Below are positions 7,635 to 16,820 of a stretch of DNA of 33,152 bases, in pieces. The translations under genes and the position numbers were made by a program. The first letter of the stretch is position 1. Each line of letters begins with the position of its first letter. Origin of the DNA: a virus. The notes under the pieces are model-generated. The model had not been told where the DNA came from. It saw nothing but the letters and a program-made list of their open reading frames with translations, and did no database searches. The stretch lies in the UHGV virus genome UHGV-0189815; one strand, given 5' to 3'.

Positions 7635-10142
7635 GTGGCTGGCGTCTATCAATTGACGCGCGGACGCTACGCCCCAACACCGCCGCCCCCGTTCCTGGGG
7701 AGCGGCGCAGACACTACACTGTATCCATACGCGTGGAACGCCCCGCGCGCAGCAATTAGCGTTGACCGGACGCCGAAACATGATCCGCAGGAGTTCGCCG
7801 CAGAATACGAATTCTGGCAGCGTGTAAAATCCACTTTTCAGCCATATCCGACATTCATCCGCCGCCGCATGATGGCGCGCGTTGAACGTTCTCACGAAAA
7901 GCAGGGGCGACACGTCGCGGCGCTGGCGCTGCGAGATATCGCCAGCCGCGAATTAATCCACATTTCCGCCGTTATGCAGCAGTATTCCATAAGCCCGCCC
8001 CGCAATGCTGGGCGGGTTTATGAAACGCCGTTTGTTGGCCTTGAGCCGCTCTATCACAATTTTGAACAACTCACCGATCTGATCCGTCGTTTCGACACAC
8101 TGCCTGATTATTCGCCGGAGGATGTTGAATTACTGGCGCAGGACGTCGCAATTTACGCAAACGCCACACTGGCAGAAATTGCCGCAGATTGTGAACACCT
8201 GGACGAAATCGAAACTGGCCGGCGGTTTTACGCTGAATTGAAAACGTTGGCTAACGTTTTTCACGTCACGGCGGCAAGGGCAAACAAAAAACGCTTGTTG
8301 CCCGACGAGCTGGCGGCAGCGATCAGCAAAATGATCGACGCGCGCTACTGGAACCGCAATTTACTGCGTTACGCCGTGCGCTGGCGGGAGCATTTGCGGA
8401 TCTCCCTGGGCGACGTGCGCCGCAGCGTGTCAACCTATTGTAGTAAAGAACGCGTGAATGCGTGGCGGGAGCGACGCGAGCGTAATCGCGACATCATGTC
8501 AAGACTGGAAATAGAAGACGTTGAATCAGGCGAGCGTTTTTCACTGCTGGAGCAGATAGAAAAAAGCGCGTCCAATCCAGCGATACGCCGCACCGAGCTT
8601 ATGACGCGAATCGGCGGTTTTGAGCGAGTAGCCAATGAGCAGGGATTTGTCGGCAGCTTTTTTACTATTACCGCGCCGTCAAAATATCACGCGTTTACCG
8701 CGTTTGGTCATCGTAATCCTAAGTGGCAAGGCGCTAGCCCGCGCGAGTCTCAAAAATACCTGAATACCATTTGGCAGCGTATCCGCGCCGAGCTGGCGCG
8801 CCAGGAAATCGGCGCTTTTGGCTTACGTGTAGCCGAGGCGCATCACGACGCAACGCCGCACTGGCACGGCCTGTTATTCACTCTGCCGGAGCATCAGGAG
8901 GCGCTACGCGACGTCATGCAGCGTTACGCAACAGCTGAGGACGCCGACGAATTAACGACGAAACACGGCATACAGCCGCGTTTCGATTTCAAACCGATTG
9001 ATCCCGAGCGGGGAACCGCTACGGGCTATATCGTCAAATACGTCTCTAAAAATATCGACGGTTACGCGCTGGATAATGAGCGCGACGACGAAAGCGGACG
9101 TCCACTGAAAGACACGGCGCAACATGCGACCGCGTGGGCGTCTACGTGGGGGATCAGGCAGTTCCAGTTTTTGGGCGGTGTGCCGGTGTCGGTGTACCGC
9201 GAACTGCGGAGGCTGGGGAATCAACAGGCCGCTGATCAGATTAATCCGCTGTTTGCCGAGATCCACGCCGCAGCGGACGCGGGGGATTGGGGCGGGTTTG
9301 TTAATCTCATGGGCGGACCGCTGGCAAAACGCGCGGATTTACCGTTGCGCACGTTTTATCAGGATAAACCGGAGCCTAACAGCTGGGGCGAATATCTGAC
9401 GGTTATCCGCGGTGTATTTATGCCGCTGATTAATATCCCGCCGGTAATAACCAGGTTGCGGGATTTTCGCATTGTTAAAAAATCGCCGGAGAGCGCGGAG
9501 CGCCCCGGTGATGGCTGTTCATCTTTTGACCTTAAGGGCGCGTCTGCGCCCGCTAGGACTTGTGTCAATAACTGTACGGAGCATGAAAAAACAGCAAAAG
9601 ATGAACAAAATATAAACAGTGAAGCGGACTTTTTGGGAGAGAAAAACAGCGGTGCGCCGCCACCGGGAGATCCCGAACAGGTTCTGATCGGCAAATTGAC
9701 ACGGGAACAACGCAAACGCCTGCGCGCTGAGTGTCTGACGCACAAAAAACAGCGTAAACAATCGGCTGCTGACGAGTTCGAAGCGCTGGCGAATCAATTA
9801 GCGACGGCGGACTGTTCGGGCGCGGACCAGCTGCGCGCAGAAAATTATTTACGTGCGGCGGCGGTCATTCGCGAGACTGAAAAACCGGTCACGGCTGCAG
9901 CGGCAGAACTGGCCGCGCGCGTCATGGAGTGGGCGAAATTGCGCAAAATACCGCTGGGCCGCGCGCAATCGCTGGCACTGGCGCAAGGCGGACAGGCGAC
10001 AGTTATTGACAACGTTTACCGGGCTAACATGAACACCGGCGAACTGATCCTGATTGACACGTTCCAGCCGTGGCGGCGTGTGCTGGCGAAAAAACAAACT
10101 GTGGAACTGATGGCGCGCTGGCGGGCTGTGGTAACCGTATGA
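7635..10142 (+). CDS. Rolling-circle replication initiator (P2 gpA-like HUH endonuclease)
   Basis: Aligns with my memory of P2 gpA: YAWNAPR, FTITAPSKYH, HUH-type TPHWHGLLF, catalytic Tyr pair GYIVKYVSKNIDGYALD, GRPLKDTA...TAWASTW. ORF-track start is TTG 7578; by alignment to the P2 gpA N-terminus the likely start is GTG 7635 (or TTG 7650). Confidence 0.85.
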   Translation: MAGVYQLTRGRYAPTPPPPFLGSGADTTLYPYAWNAPRAAISVDRTPKHDPQEFAAEYEFWQRVKSTFQPYPTFIRRRMMARVERSHEKQGRHVAALALRDIASRELIHISAVMQQYSISPPRNAGRVYETPFVGLEPLYHNFEQLTDLIRRFDTLPDYSPEDVELLAQDVAIYANATLAEIAADCEHLDEIETGRRFYAELKTLANVFHVTAARANKKRLLPDELAAAISKMIDARYWNRNLLRYAVRWREHLRISLGDVRRSVSTYCSKERVNAWRERRERNRDIMSRLEIEDVESGERFSLLEQIEKSASNPAIRRTELMTRIGGFERVANEQGFVGSFFTITAPSKYHAFTAFGHRNPKWQGASPRESQKYLNTIWQRIRAELARQEIGAFGLRVAEAHHDATPHWHGLLFTLPEHQEALRDVMQRYATAEDADELTTKHGIQPRFDFKPIDPERGTATGYIVKYVSKNIDGYALDNERDDESGRPLKDTAQHATAWASTWGIRQFQFLGGVPVSVYRELRRLGNQQAADQINPLFAEIHAAADAGDWGGFVNLMGGPLAKRADLPLRTFYQDKPEPNSWGEYLTVIRGVFMPLINIPPVITRLRDFRIVKKSPESAERPGDGCSSFDLKGASAPARTCVNNCTEHEKTAKDEQNINSEADFLGEKNSGAPPPGDPEQVLIGKLTREQRKRLRAECLTHKKQRKQSAADEFEALANQLATADCSGADQLRAENYLRAAAVIRETEKPVTAAAAELAARVMEWAKLRKIPLGRAQSLALAQGGQATVIDNVYRANMNTGELILIDTFQPWRRVLAKKQTVELMARWRAVVTV

Positions 10143-10312
10143 ATGTTAATGTTATTTTAGGAGAGAAGTTATAGGCGATTTACTCAAGCAGATTTGGTAA
10201 TATCAGCGGAATTGATGCATGGTTTATTATTGTCAGCAATGGAAGGTATATTATTAATTTAGGCTTATATTTGTTCTGCAAGTATAAAATATAAAATGGC
10301 TTGAGGTAAAAT

Positions 10313-11635
10313 ATGTACGCTGAGTTAAATGAATTTATAAATGCTCTAGATAAATTAAAAGATTATTTTGATGAGTCTGAAAAATCATATGGGCATAAAA
10401 ATAAATGGCTTATAGAAGCATTTGGCATCGGTCATCCTGTAATGTTGCCAAAAGACTTTTCTGACTATATTGAAAGAATGATCGAGAAGTCAAAAAAATT
10501 AGAGATGCTTAAATTAACTGATTTCGAACTAGATGAACTCGACTATGTAAGAAAAGTCGTAACAAAGGTACATTCTGACCTTGCTCCTAGCTTTTATAAT
10601 GGAAATGGTGTACAAGCGATTCCTTCATTTTTAATGACCATGACATATATATCTTCATTTTTAGATTCTTTGATTTCCTTCGACCGACTCCAGGATACGG
10701 ATGCCGTACCTCAGAAATTAGCACGTAAAATACGGAGTATGGATGCAAGAGTAAGACAAGCTACTCCAGAAATTGAAACACTGGAAGGTAAAATTAAATT
10801 GATTAACGATGCATATGCCGCAGCTGATAATCTACCGGTATATATGGAAGAGTTAAATAAATACAAGGCAGAATTAACGGAAATAAAAGAGTACATTTTA
10901 AAGGCAAAAGAAGAAGCATCTCATTCGAATGTCTTAATGGATGTTTGTCTAAACGAAGGGGAAAAGATAAAAGAAGAGTTAAATGCAAAAAAAGAGATCG
11001 CAGAAAATTATCTTTCGAAATGTGAGGAAGCTATTCGTGCTTCGACTTCAAAAGGGTTAGCGGGAGCTTTTGAGATCAAAGCGAATAAGTTAAACTGTAG
11101 CATTCGTTTATGGGTAGCAGGATTATCTGCGGCATTAATTGCCGGTGGGTTTGTTGGTTATGAAAGGTTAAAAGCATTATCCAATGTTTTAGCGCAACCA
11201 GATACCAGTGCAATAGTGATTGCAACGCAATTAATACTATCCATATTTAGTATCGGCGCGCCGCTTTGGTTTGCGTGGTTGTCTACAAAGCAAATTAATC
11301 AAAGATTTAAGCTAGCAGAAGATTATGCCTTTAAGTCTGCCGTTGCAAAAGCATATGAGGGTTACAGAAAAGAAGCATCGCAACTTGATGATGGAACATT
11401 CGCTACTCGGTTGTTTGATTCTGCTTTAACCCGTCTAGAGGAAGCCCCATTAAGATTTGTCCAAGGTGATGATCACTCAACACCATGGATGGAAATGTTA
11501 AACTCTAAAGCTTTTTCTAAATTTCTTGATTCTTCGATTGATAATGTAAACTATGTTAAAAATATCCTTGATCGTAAGGCTAAACCCTCTGTAGTTGCAG
11601 ATAAGCCACAGCAGATGGAAAAGGGGACTGAATAA
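10313..11635 (+). CDS. AT-rich moron: 440-aa coiled-coil protein with two central transmembrane helices; unknown function (candidate defence/exclusion factor)
   Basis: Complete ORF with GAGG Shine-Dalgarno, AT-rich upstream region (10143..10312) and its own terminator; visibly more AT-rich than flanking phage genes; long N-terminal helical region rich in E/K, hydrophobic segments LWVAGLSAALIAGGFVGY and IVIATQLILSIFSIGAPLWFAWL, about 130-aa C-terminal domain. No P-loop or other catalytic motif seen. Confidence 0.8.
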   Translation: MYAELNEFINALDKLKDYFDESEKSYGHKNKWLIEAFGIGHPVMLPKDFSDYIERMIEKSKKLEMLKLTDFELDELDYVRKVVTKVHSDLAPSFYNGNGVQAIPSFLMTMTYISSFLDSLISFDRLQDTDAVPQKLARKIRSMDARVRQATPEIETLEGKIKLINDAYAAADNLPVYMEELNKYKAELTEIKEYILKAKEEASHSNVLMDVCLNEGEKIKEELNAKKEIAENYLSKCEEAIRASTSKGLAGAFEIKANKLNCSIRLWVAGLSAALIAGGFVGYERLKALSNVLAQPDTSAIVIATQLILSIFSIGAPLWFAWLSTKQINQRFKLAEDYAFKSAVAKAYEGYRKEASQLDDGTFATRLFDSALTRLEEAPLRFVQGDDHSTPWMEMLNSKAFSKFLDSSIDNVNYVKNILDRKAKPSVVADKPQQMEKGTE

Positions 11636-11640
11636 GATAA

Positions 11641-11668
11641 TGGGCAGTTCAAATCTGCCCTTTTTTTA
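11641..11668. terminator. Rho-independent terminator after the moron (between convergent genes)
   Basis: Hairpin gggcag-ttcaaatc-ctgccc followed by ttttttt. Confidence 0.65.
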
Positions 11669-11980
11669 GCTTGGTAACAACAGGTATAATGTTTTTTGTT
11701 TTTGTTCTGGCGACATCATATCGATCAGCGTTTTGATAGCGCGGTCAGATGAAAGCGCGCTGGGGCTTAATGTGTGAGAAAATGTTATATTAACGACGAA
11801 AGTATGACCGCACTCAACGTTATTACAGGCGCAATAAACATCTGATAGATGGGGATGTTTCCGCACGGTCTTTTTGATCGTTGAATTGCCGTTGCATTCC
11901 GGACAGATAATTTTCGGGCTGCGCAATTTGTTTCCCCTTAATCTATTTTTGAGCGGGGTATATTTTAACCGTTTAGCCAT
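11666..11980 (-). CDS. Ogr/Delta-family zinc-finger late-gene transcriptional activator (putative)
   Basis: CPECNG...YCACNNVECGHTF matches the Ogr/Delta zinc-finger pattern (CP.C ... C.N..C...F; P2 Ogr has HQCQNVNCSATF). 104 aa, longer than P2 Ogr; start overlaps the portal stop (TAATG). Confidence 0.55.
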   Translation of the reverse strand: MAKRLKYTPLKNRLRGNKLRSPKIICPECNGNSTIKKTVRKHPHLSDVYCACNNVECGHTFVVNITFSHTLSPSALSSDRAIKTLIDMMSPEQKQKTLYLLLPS

Positions 11981-13014
11981 TATTTTTCATCCTCTATCGC
12001 TTTCGGTTTTTTGAATAACACCTGCATTGCGCGGGTAATTTCAGAATCACTATTGATTGCATTCTCAATTAGCGCCTGCATGGGCCAGACTTCATCTAAT
12101 TGATATACGGCACGGACTTTTAACGGGTCGCCCAGTCCGCCCACGTTATCCGGAATAATGCCCGCAAGGCCAGGCGGGAAGCGATGGGCGGTTAACTGGT
12201 CCTGTGCGGATATGCGCTTGATATTCACATATTCATCTTTTGTTGCGACATCACCCACAGGGATAATTTTAACGCCGTCTGGTTTACCGTTGGGGATGTT
12301 AATAAACATACTGCGGAAATTACCCGCGCCTTTTGACTGTTCTATTTTTTCAGAAATGGCCTTTTCCATTTCTGGTGATAAATCCGGATCGGTGGCATAC
12401 AGGATATAACCTAAATGCGCCCCATTACGATAATATTTGCGGCGAAACATGGTCGCGTCACTATTTAACATCGCCGACTGGATGCCGCCTAAATAATCCG
12501 GTTTTCCGTAAATCTGCTGCAACGTATCGTACTGACGGATAAAAATAATATCTTTTGCGGCATATTCTTTATATTCGCCGTCGCGTAACAATAATTTTGT
12601 TTTGCCGTCAGTGGAACGCCGCACATAAACAGACGGCAGCGGGTACAGGCGCACGACCTGCCCGAAGCCGTTGCGGATCTTTAACAGCGCCACGTCACCG
12701 AACGTCACGAAGTTAACGGCCAGCGCCAGGGCGGTTTCAGGCGTCAGACCGCCGCCGCGAAGAAAACCCGCCGCGACCATTTTCGCGCGCGCCCCCAGAC
12801 ATGCGCCGTGGTACGTTGCGATGTCGGGCAATTTTGCCAGCGCTTCCCGGTCAATGGGCGGCGTCCAGTAGCCGTCTCCTTCATCTGTTACGCCATCATA
12901 TGAACCCAGGCACGGCACGCGCTCGGCGTCGCCGAATTCCACGCTAAAAGACATCTGTTTTTGAATAGCTGGCGCGAGGGCCGGGGCTGGTTGTTGTTTT
13001 TTACGTTTTGCCAT
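11980..13014 (-). CDS. Portal protein (P2 gpQ-like)
   Basis: 344 aa, the size I recall for P2 gpQ; lies immediately downstream of the terminase large subunit, divergent from the scaffold/capsid genes, as in the P2 Q-P arrangement. Confidence 0.75.
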   Translation of the reverse strand: MAKRKKQQPAPALAPAIQKQMSFSVEFGDAERVPCLGSYDGVTDEGDGYWTPPIDREALAKLPDIATYHGACLGARAKMVAAGFLRGGGLTPETALALAVNFVTFGDVALLKIRNGFGQVVRLYPLPSVYVRRSTDGKTKLLLRDGEYKEYAAKDIIFIRQYDTLQQIYGKPDYLGGIQSAMLNSDATMFRRKYYRNGAHLGYILYATDPDLSPEMEKAISEKIEQSKGAGNFRSMFINIPNGKPDGVKIIPVGDVATKDEYVNIKRISAQDQLTAHRFPPGLAGIIPDNVGGLGDPLKVRAVYQLDEVWPMQALIENAINSDSEITRAMQVLFKKPKAIEDEK

Positions 13015-14784
13015 TTATACGGCCCATGTTGATTTACGTTTATTTTTCCAGTTCAACGGCTCATTAAAGAGCGCGTGAGCGATTGCAAAGAAAACATCGG
13101 CGTGACCGTGCTCTGCGCTGCGGTCTGCAATGAACGTCAGGTTGTCGCCGCTCTGCGTGGTCGCCTTTTTGACGCTCATAAATGACGCTGCAATGTCCTT
13201 TTCCTGGGCGTCCCATTCGATCCGCTGGTTTTCGATGACGTCTATCATTTTCAGTACAAGCTGGGTTTTTGTTTCGACGTTGTAGCGGATTGCCACTGCC
13301 TGGCGGCGGGCGAAGTTCTGGATCAGTTCAAACACGCCGTAGCCGATGCCGGTCACGTCAACGCCGATAAACGTCATATTGAACTGCCTGAACAGCTTTT
13401 CTATCTGGTCCGCCATGTACTGAAACGACAAACCGCGCCAGTGGTACTTTTCCAGAACGCGGAACATTTCGGCCAGGGTGGATGGAATGGCAACAATGAC
13501 AAACGTTGCGTTGTCGCCGGTTCGCGCCGGGTCGAACCCGCCCCACACTTCCCCGTTATACGGGCACGCGCTGTTGGGGTGGTAATCCTTCCATTTGCTG
13601 GTTTCCACACCGCAGCGCACCACGTCGGAAAACCTGAACACGCTGTTTTTGTCGTCCACAAACTGGCACATAAACAGCATGGCAAAAGCGGTTTCACTGT
13701 AGCGATCGCGCAAGTCGTCAATGTTGGCCAGATTGAAGCCGCCCGCGATCGCATCTTCCAGGGTGATGACGTACCGCCATTGTTTATCCGGGCAAAGTCG
13801 CCCGCCGTCGCGCATTTCGTCAAACGTCGGGAAGACTGCCGCCCGGCGCTTTTTATTGCCGCCTTTCCATGTTTCACCGGTCCAGAACGGGTAAGCCTCA
13901 TGCGTTTTAGCGGACGGTGTGGAAAAGTACGTTAAACGCCATCTGTCATGGGTCGCCATCGCTGACGCAACGTCATTAAGGCGATTAAATTTCGGTATCC
14001 AGAAATATTCATCAATATAAACGTGACCTGAATTCGACTGCGCGGTGTTGCTGTTGGTCGCCAGAAAATGCAGTTCTGCGATGCCGTGCGCGGTGTTCAG
14101 TTTGATCGGGTTGCCTTTCAGCGTAACGCCGAATTCCTGCAAAGCGATATTGACGATGTATGACCGGAAAACCTCAGACTGGCGCTTACTGGCGGATAAG
14201 AAAATTTGAGGGTCGCCGGTCAGCGTCGCGTTTTCGAACGCTTCAAATGCAAAATAGTATGTCGCGCCGATCTGACGGCTTTTAAGGATATTGCGGATCT
14301 TCTGGCTTAAGTTCTCATGCAGTCGCTGCTGGTAGCCGAACAGGGTAGAAATAAAGTGTTCAAAGTCCGCTGCGGTCAGGTGGCTGACGTCGTTTGCCCG
14401 CCGCTTCTTCTGACGTGGGTTGTCGCAGTCATCTGCGGCGGCTGCGCGCGGTGTGTTGCCGGGTCCGCGAGCGTCTATTTCCGCCATCCTTTCAGCGTGC
14501 TTATTTCTGGATGTCAGCAGTTTGACGTGATGGCCGATCAGGCGGTCCAGTTCGTCCAGTTCTCCAGGTGTTTTCTTTTCCCGGTCAGTCAGCAGGGCAA
14601 TGCGGCGCGCGATCGCGTCTTCAATGTTTACGACCTTCATCTGGTCGCGCCATTCACCCACATCAGCCCAGTGATAAATGATCCGCGCAGATGGCAGATT
14701 TAACTGGGCGGCGATTTCTTTCGGGGTGAGTCCCTTTAAATAAAGGGCTTTCGCCATTCCCCTTAATTCGTCTGAATATTTCAT
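13015..14784 (-). CDS. Terminase large (ATPase) subunit (P2 gpP-like)
   Basis: 589 aa; N-terminal helix-turn-helix-like segment (LYLKGLTPKEIAAQLNLPSARIIYHWA), deviant Walker-A-like KSRQIGATYYFA, acidic nuclease-type motifs; size and position match P2 gpP. Confidence 0.85.
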   Translation of the reverse strand: MKYSDELRGMAKALYLKGLTPKEIAAQLNLPSARIIYHWADVGEWRDQMKVVNIEDAIARRIALLTDREKKTPGELDELDRLIGHHVKLLTSRNKHAERMAEIDARGPGNTPRAAAADDCDNPRQKKRRANDVSHLTAADFEHFISTLFGYQQRLHENLSQKIRNILKSRQIGATYYFAFEAFENATLTGDPQIFLSASKRQSEVFRSYIVNIALQEFGVTLKGNPIKLNTAHGIAELHFLATNSNTAQSNSGHVYIDEYFWIPKFNRLNDVASAMATHDRWRLTYFSTPSAKTHEAYPFWTGETWKGGNKKRRAAVFPTFDEMRDGGRLCPDKQWRYVITLEDAIAGGFNLANIDDLRDRYSETAFAMLFMCQFVDDKNSVFRFSDVVRCGVETSKWKDYHPNSACPYNGEVWGGFDPARTGDNATFVIVAIPSTLAEMFRVLEKYHWRGLSFQYMADQIEKLFRQFNMTFIGVDVTGIGYGVFELIQNFARRQAVAIRYNVETKTQLVLKMIDVIENQRIEWDAQEKDIAASFMSVKKATTQSGDNLTFIADRSAEHGHADVFFAIAHALFNEPLNWKNKRKSTWAV

Positions 14785-14936
14785 GAGGGGATTTTTGCAT
14801 TTAAAAAACGTCGGGTATCCGGTCTATATTCGCTTTAATTCTGATAACGGCTTATATCCGAAATAGTCAGAAATTAACGGCATGAAAATAAAACGGCTGG
14901 GTGTTTTACTTTACTTTATCGAAATGAGGGTAACTT
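14785..14936. promoter_or_regulatory. Divergent late-promoter region between the terminase operon and the scaffold/capsid operon
   Basis: 152-bp AT-rich intergenic region between divergently transcribed late operons; by analogy with P2 P_P/P_O. Individual promoter elements not resolved. Confidence 0.4.
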
Positions 14937-15782
14937 ATGAAACAAACACCCACCGCGTGGTTTTGTGTTGCCACTGCTGGCCCGACTGTAGACGGGCGGG
15001 AAATAAAAGAACAATGGCTGACGGAAGCTGCGGAAACTTATAACGCGGCGGAGTATACGGCCATGATTTGGCCGTCAAGCGTTGACCGCCATCAAAAATG
15101 GTACAACCTCGGCACTGTTCATAGTGTTAAGTGCGAAACGGTTAACGGCAAAGTTAAGTTATATGCGCGTTTCTTGCCTAATAAATGGATGATGTCGTTA
15201 AACCGTGATGATCAGCAAAAGCTATTTCCATCAGTAGAAATTCTGGAAAATTTCGCCAGTACCGGAAAGCATTACCTTGCGGGGATTGCCGTTACCGATT
15301 TGCCCGCCAGTACCGGGACCGATCGTCTCGAATTTTCCGGCGCGCCGAATGTTATCAGTTTTTGCAGTGGCGAACCGATGACCGAAGTTGCAGACAAAGA
15401 ATCTTTTTTAACCCGCCTGTTTTCGCGTCTGCCGCAGTCACCTGAACAGGGCGCGCGCGATCCAGACAATAACCAGGAAGACGACAAAATGAATGAACAG
15501 CAATTCACGCAATTAATGAGCGTGTTTAATACCGCTGTGGAAAAAATGGGGACCGCCGTAGATGAAATTAAATCATTCAGCGCAAAACAAAACACGACTG
15601 TTATTGAAAATAATCAAAACGGTCTGGAAGGCGATCAGCCGCAAGTCGTGACCGTGGAGCAATTCACCGCGCTTGATGGCAAGGTTGATCAGCTACTTCA
15701 AAAATTTACTGCGCTGTCTGGTGAAGCGACGGAACAGCCGAACGGCGAACCTGCGCAGGGCGTGCCGGAATATCTGGTGTAA
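14937..15782 (+). CDS. Capsid scaffolding protein (P2 gpO-like)
   Basis: N-terminal similarity to P2 gpO (VATAGPTVDGREI ... ILENFASTGKHYLAGIAVTDLPASTGTDRLEF vs P2 FANTGKCYLVGLAVTDDPASLGTEYLEF); 281 aa. Confidence 0.85.
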   Translation: MKQTPTAWFCVATAGPTVDGREIKEQWLTEAAETYNAAEYTAMIWPSSVDRHQKWYNLGTVHSVKCETVNGKVKLYARFLPNKWMMSLNRDDQQKLFPSVEILENFASTGKHYLAGIAVTDLPASTGTDRLEFSGAPNVISFCSGEPMTEVADKESFLTRLFSRLPQSPEQGARDPDNNQEDDKMNEQQFTQLMSVFNTAVEKMGTAVDEIKSFSAKQNTTVIENNQNGLEGDQPQVVTVEQFTALDGKVDQLLQKFTALSGEATEQPNGEPAQGVPEYLV

Positions 15783-15818
15783 AGCCGGGTGTTAATTAAA
15801 ATTATCAGGAATAAATAA

Positions 15819-16811
15819 ATGATTCTTACCCCGGAAGCTGAAAAGCTTATTAACCAGTACGCGGTGACGCTGGCGAAAGCGTATAGCGTCGCCACCACGA
15901 AACATATGTTCACTATCAGCCAGCCGCAGGAAATTAAACTGCGTAAAGCGTTGCTGGATTCAACGGCATTTCTGAAAGAAATTTCTATGCTGTCGGTTAA
16001 CCAGATTAAAGGCGCGGTTGTTGAAGCTGGCGTTTCTAAACTTTTAACTGGACGTAAAAAAGATGGGCGATTTGGCGTCGATCTGGGCGTTGATGGCAAT
16101 GAATACGAATTGCGCGAAACGGATTCCTGCGCGCGCCTGAAGTGGGCGCTTTTGGCTGTCTGGGCGAATTCCGGGACGCCTGGTGAGTTCTTTAAACTCG
16201 TCACTGAGTTTGCAAACGAATCCTTCGCGCTGGACATCCTGCGCATCGGCTTTAATGGTAAAAGTTTTGCCGAAAATACCGATCCGGTGGCGAACCCGAA
16301 CGGCGAAGATGTTAACAAGGGCTGGCATCAGATTTCTAAGGAATACGACAACGGTTCTCACGTTCTCACCGCAGCCGTGTCGATCGGCGCTGGCGGGGAT
16401 TATTTAACCCTGGACGCTGCGGCGCTGGATGTGATCGCGATGCTGCCAGCGCAATTCCGTGAACACCCACAATTAACGGTGCTGGCCGGTTCTGATCTGA
16501 TTGCCGCTGAACAGCTGCGCATGGCAAACCAGACCGATAAGCCGACCGAAAAAGCCGCCTTTACGCCGATGTTGAAATCAATCGCCGGTCGCCGTCATGT
16601 CACGCCACCGTTTTTCCCGGGCAAACGCATTGCCGTGACTATCCCTAAAAACCTGCATTGCTATACGCAAACCGGCACGCAGCGCCGTGAGGCGAAGCAC
16701 GTCGGTGACCGTAAGGCGTTCGAGTCATCCTGGTGGCGTATGCAGGGCTATGCGCTGGAAATTCCCGCGCTGTACGCCGCGATCGATGAAGCTGCGGTAA
16801 CTATTAAGTAA
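15819..16811 (+). CDS. Major capsid protein (P2 gpN-like)
   Basis: Segments RIGFNGKSFAENTDPVANP...GWHQ and GAGGDYLTLDAAALD resemble P2 gpN (MAGFNGVKRAETSDRSSNP...GWLQ; GKGGDYASLDALVMD); 330 aa. Confidence 0.85.
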   Translation: MILTPEAEKLINQYAVTLAKAYSVATTKHMFTISQPQEIKLRKALLDSTAFLKEISMLSVNQIKGAVVEAGVSKLLTGRKKDGRFGVDLGVDGNEYELRETDSCARLKWALLAVWANSGTPGEFFKLVTEFANESFALDILRIGFNGKSFAENTDPVANPNGEDVNKGWHQISKEYDNGSHVLTAAVSIGAGGDYLTLDAAALDVIAMLPAQFREHPQLTVLAGSDLIAAEQLRMANQTDKPTEKAAFTPMLKSIAGRRHVTPPFFPGKRIAVTIPKNLHCYTQTGTQRREAKHVGDRKAFESSWWRMQGYALEIPALYAAIDEAAVTIK

Positions 16812-16820
16812 GGGTCAGCT

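Noticed and set aside
7574-7656. Apparent frameshift or pseudogene at the start of the gpA-like gene (ATG 7594 opens a 20-codon ORF in another frame)
   Set aside because: Alignment to the P2 gpA N-terminus (GRFVPPSAFAAGTG...YAWNAPR versus GRYAPTPPPPFLGSG...YAWNAPR) is satisfied by an in-frame GTG (7635) or TTG (7650) start, so no frameshift is needed. There is no slippery sequence at the junction.
13401-13935. Two overlapping ORFs (166 aa minus, 164 aa plus) inside the terminase large-subunit gene
   Set aside because: Embedded within a strongly supported gene in alternative frames or strand; Arg/Ala/Pro-rich translations typical of GC-rich off-frame reading.
15698-16361. Minus-strand ORFs (206 aa and 105 aa) inside the scaffold and capsid genes
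   Set aside because: Antisense to gpO- and gpN-like genes with clear homology; no independent support.
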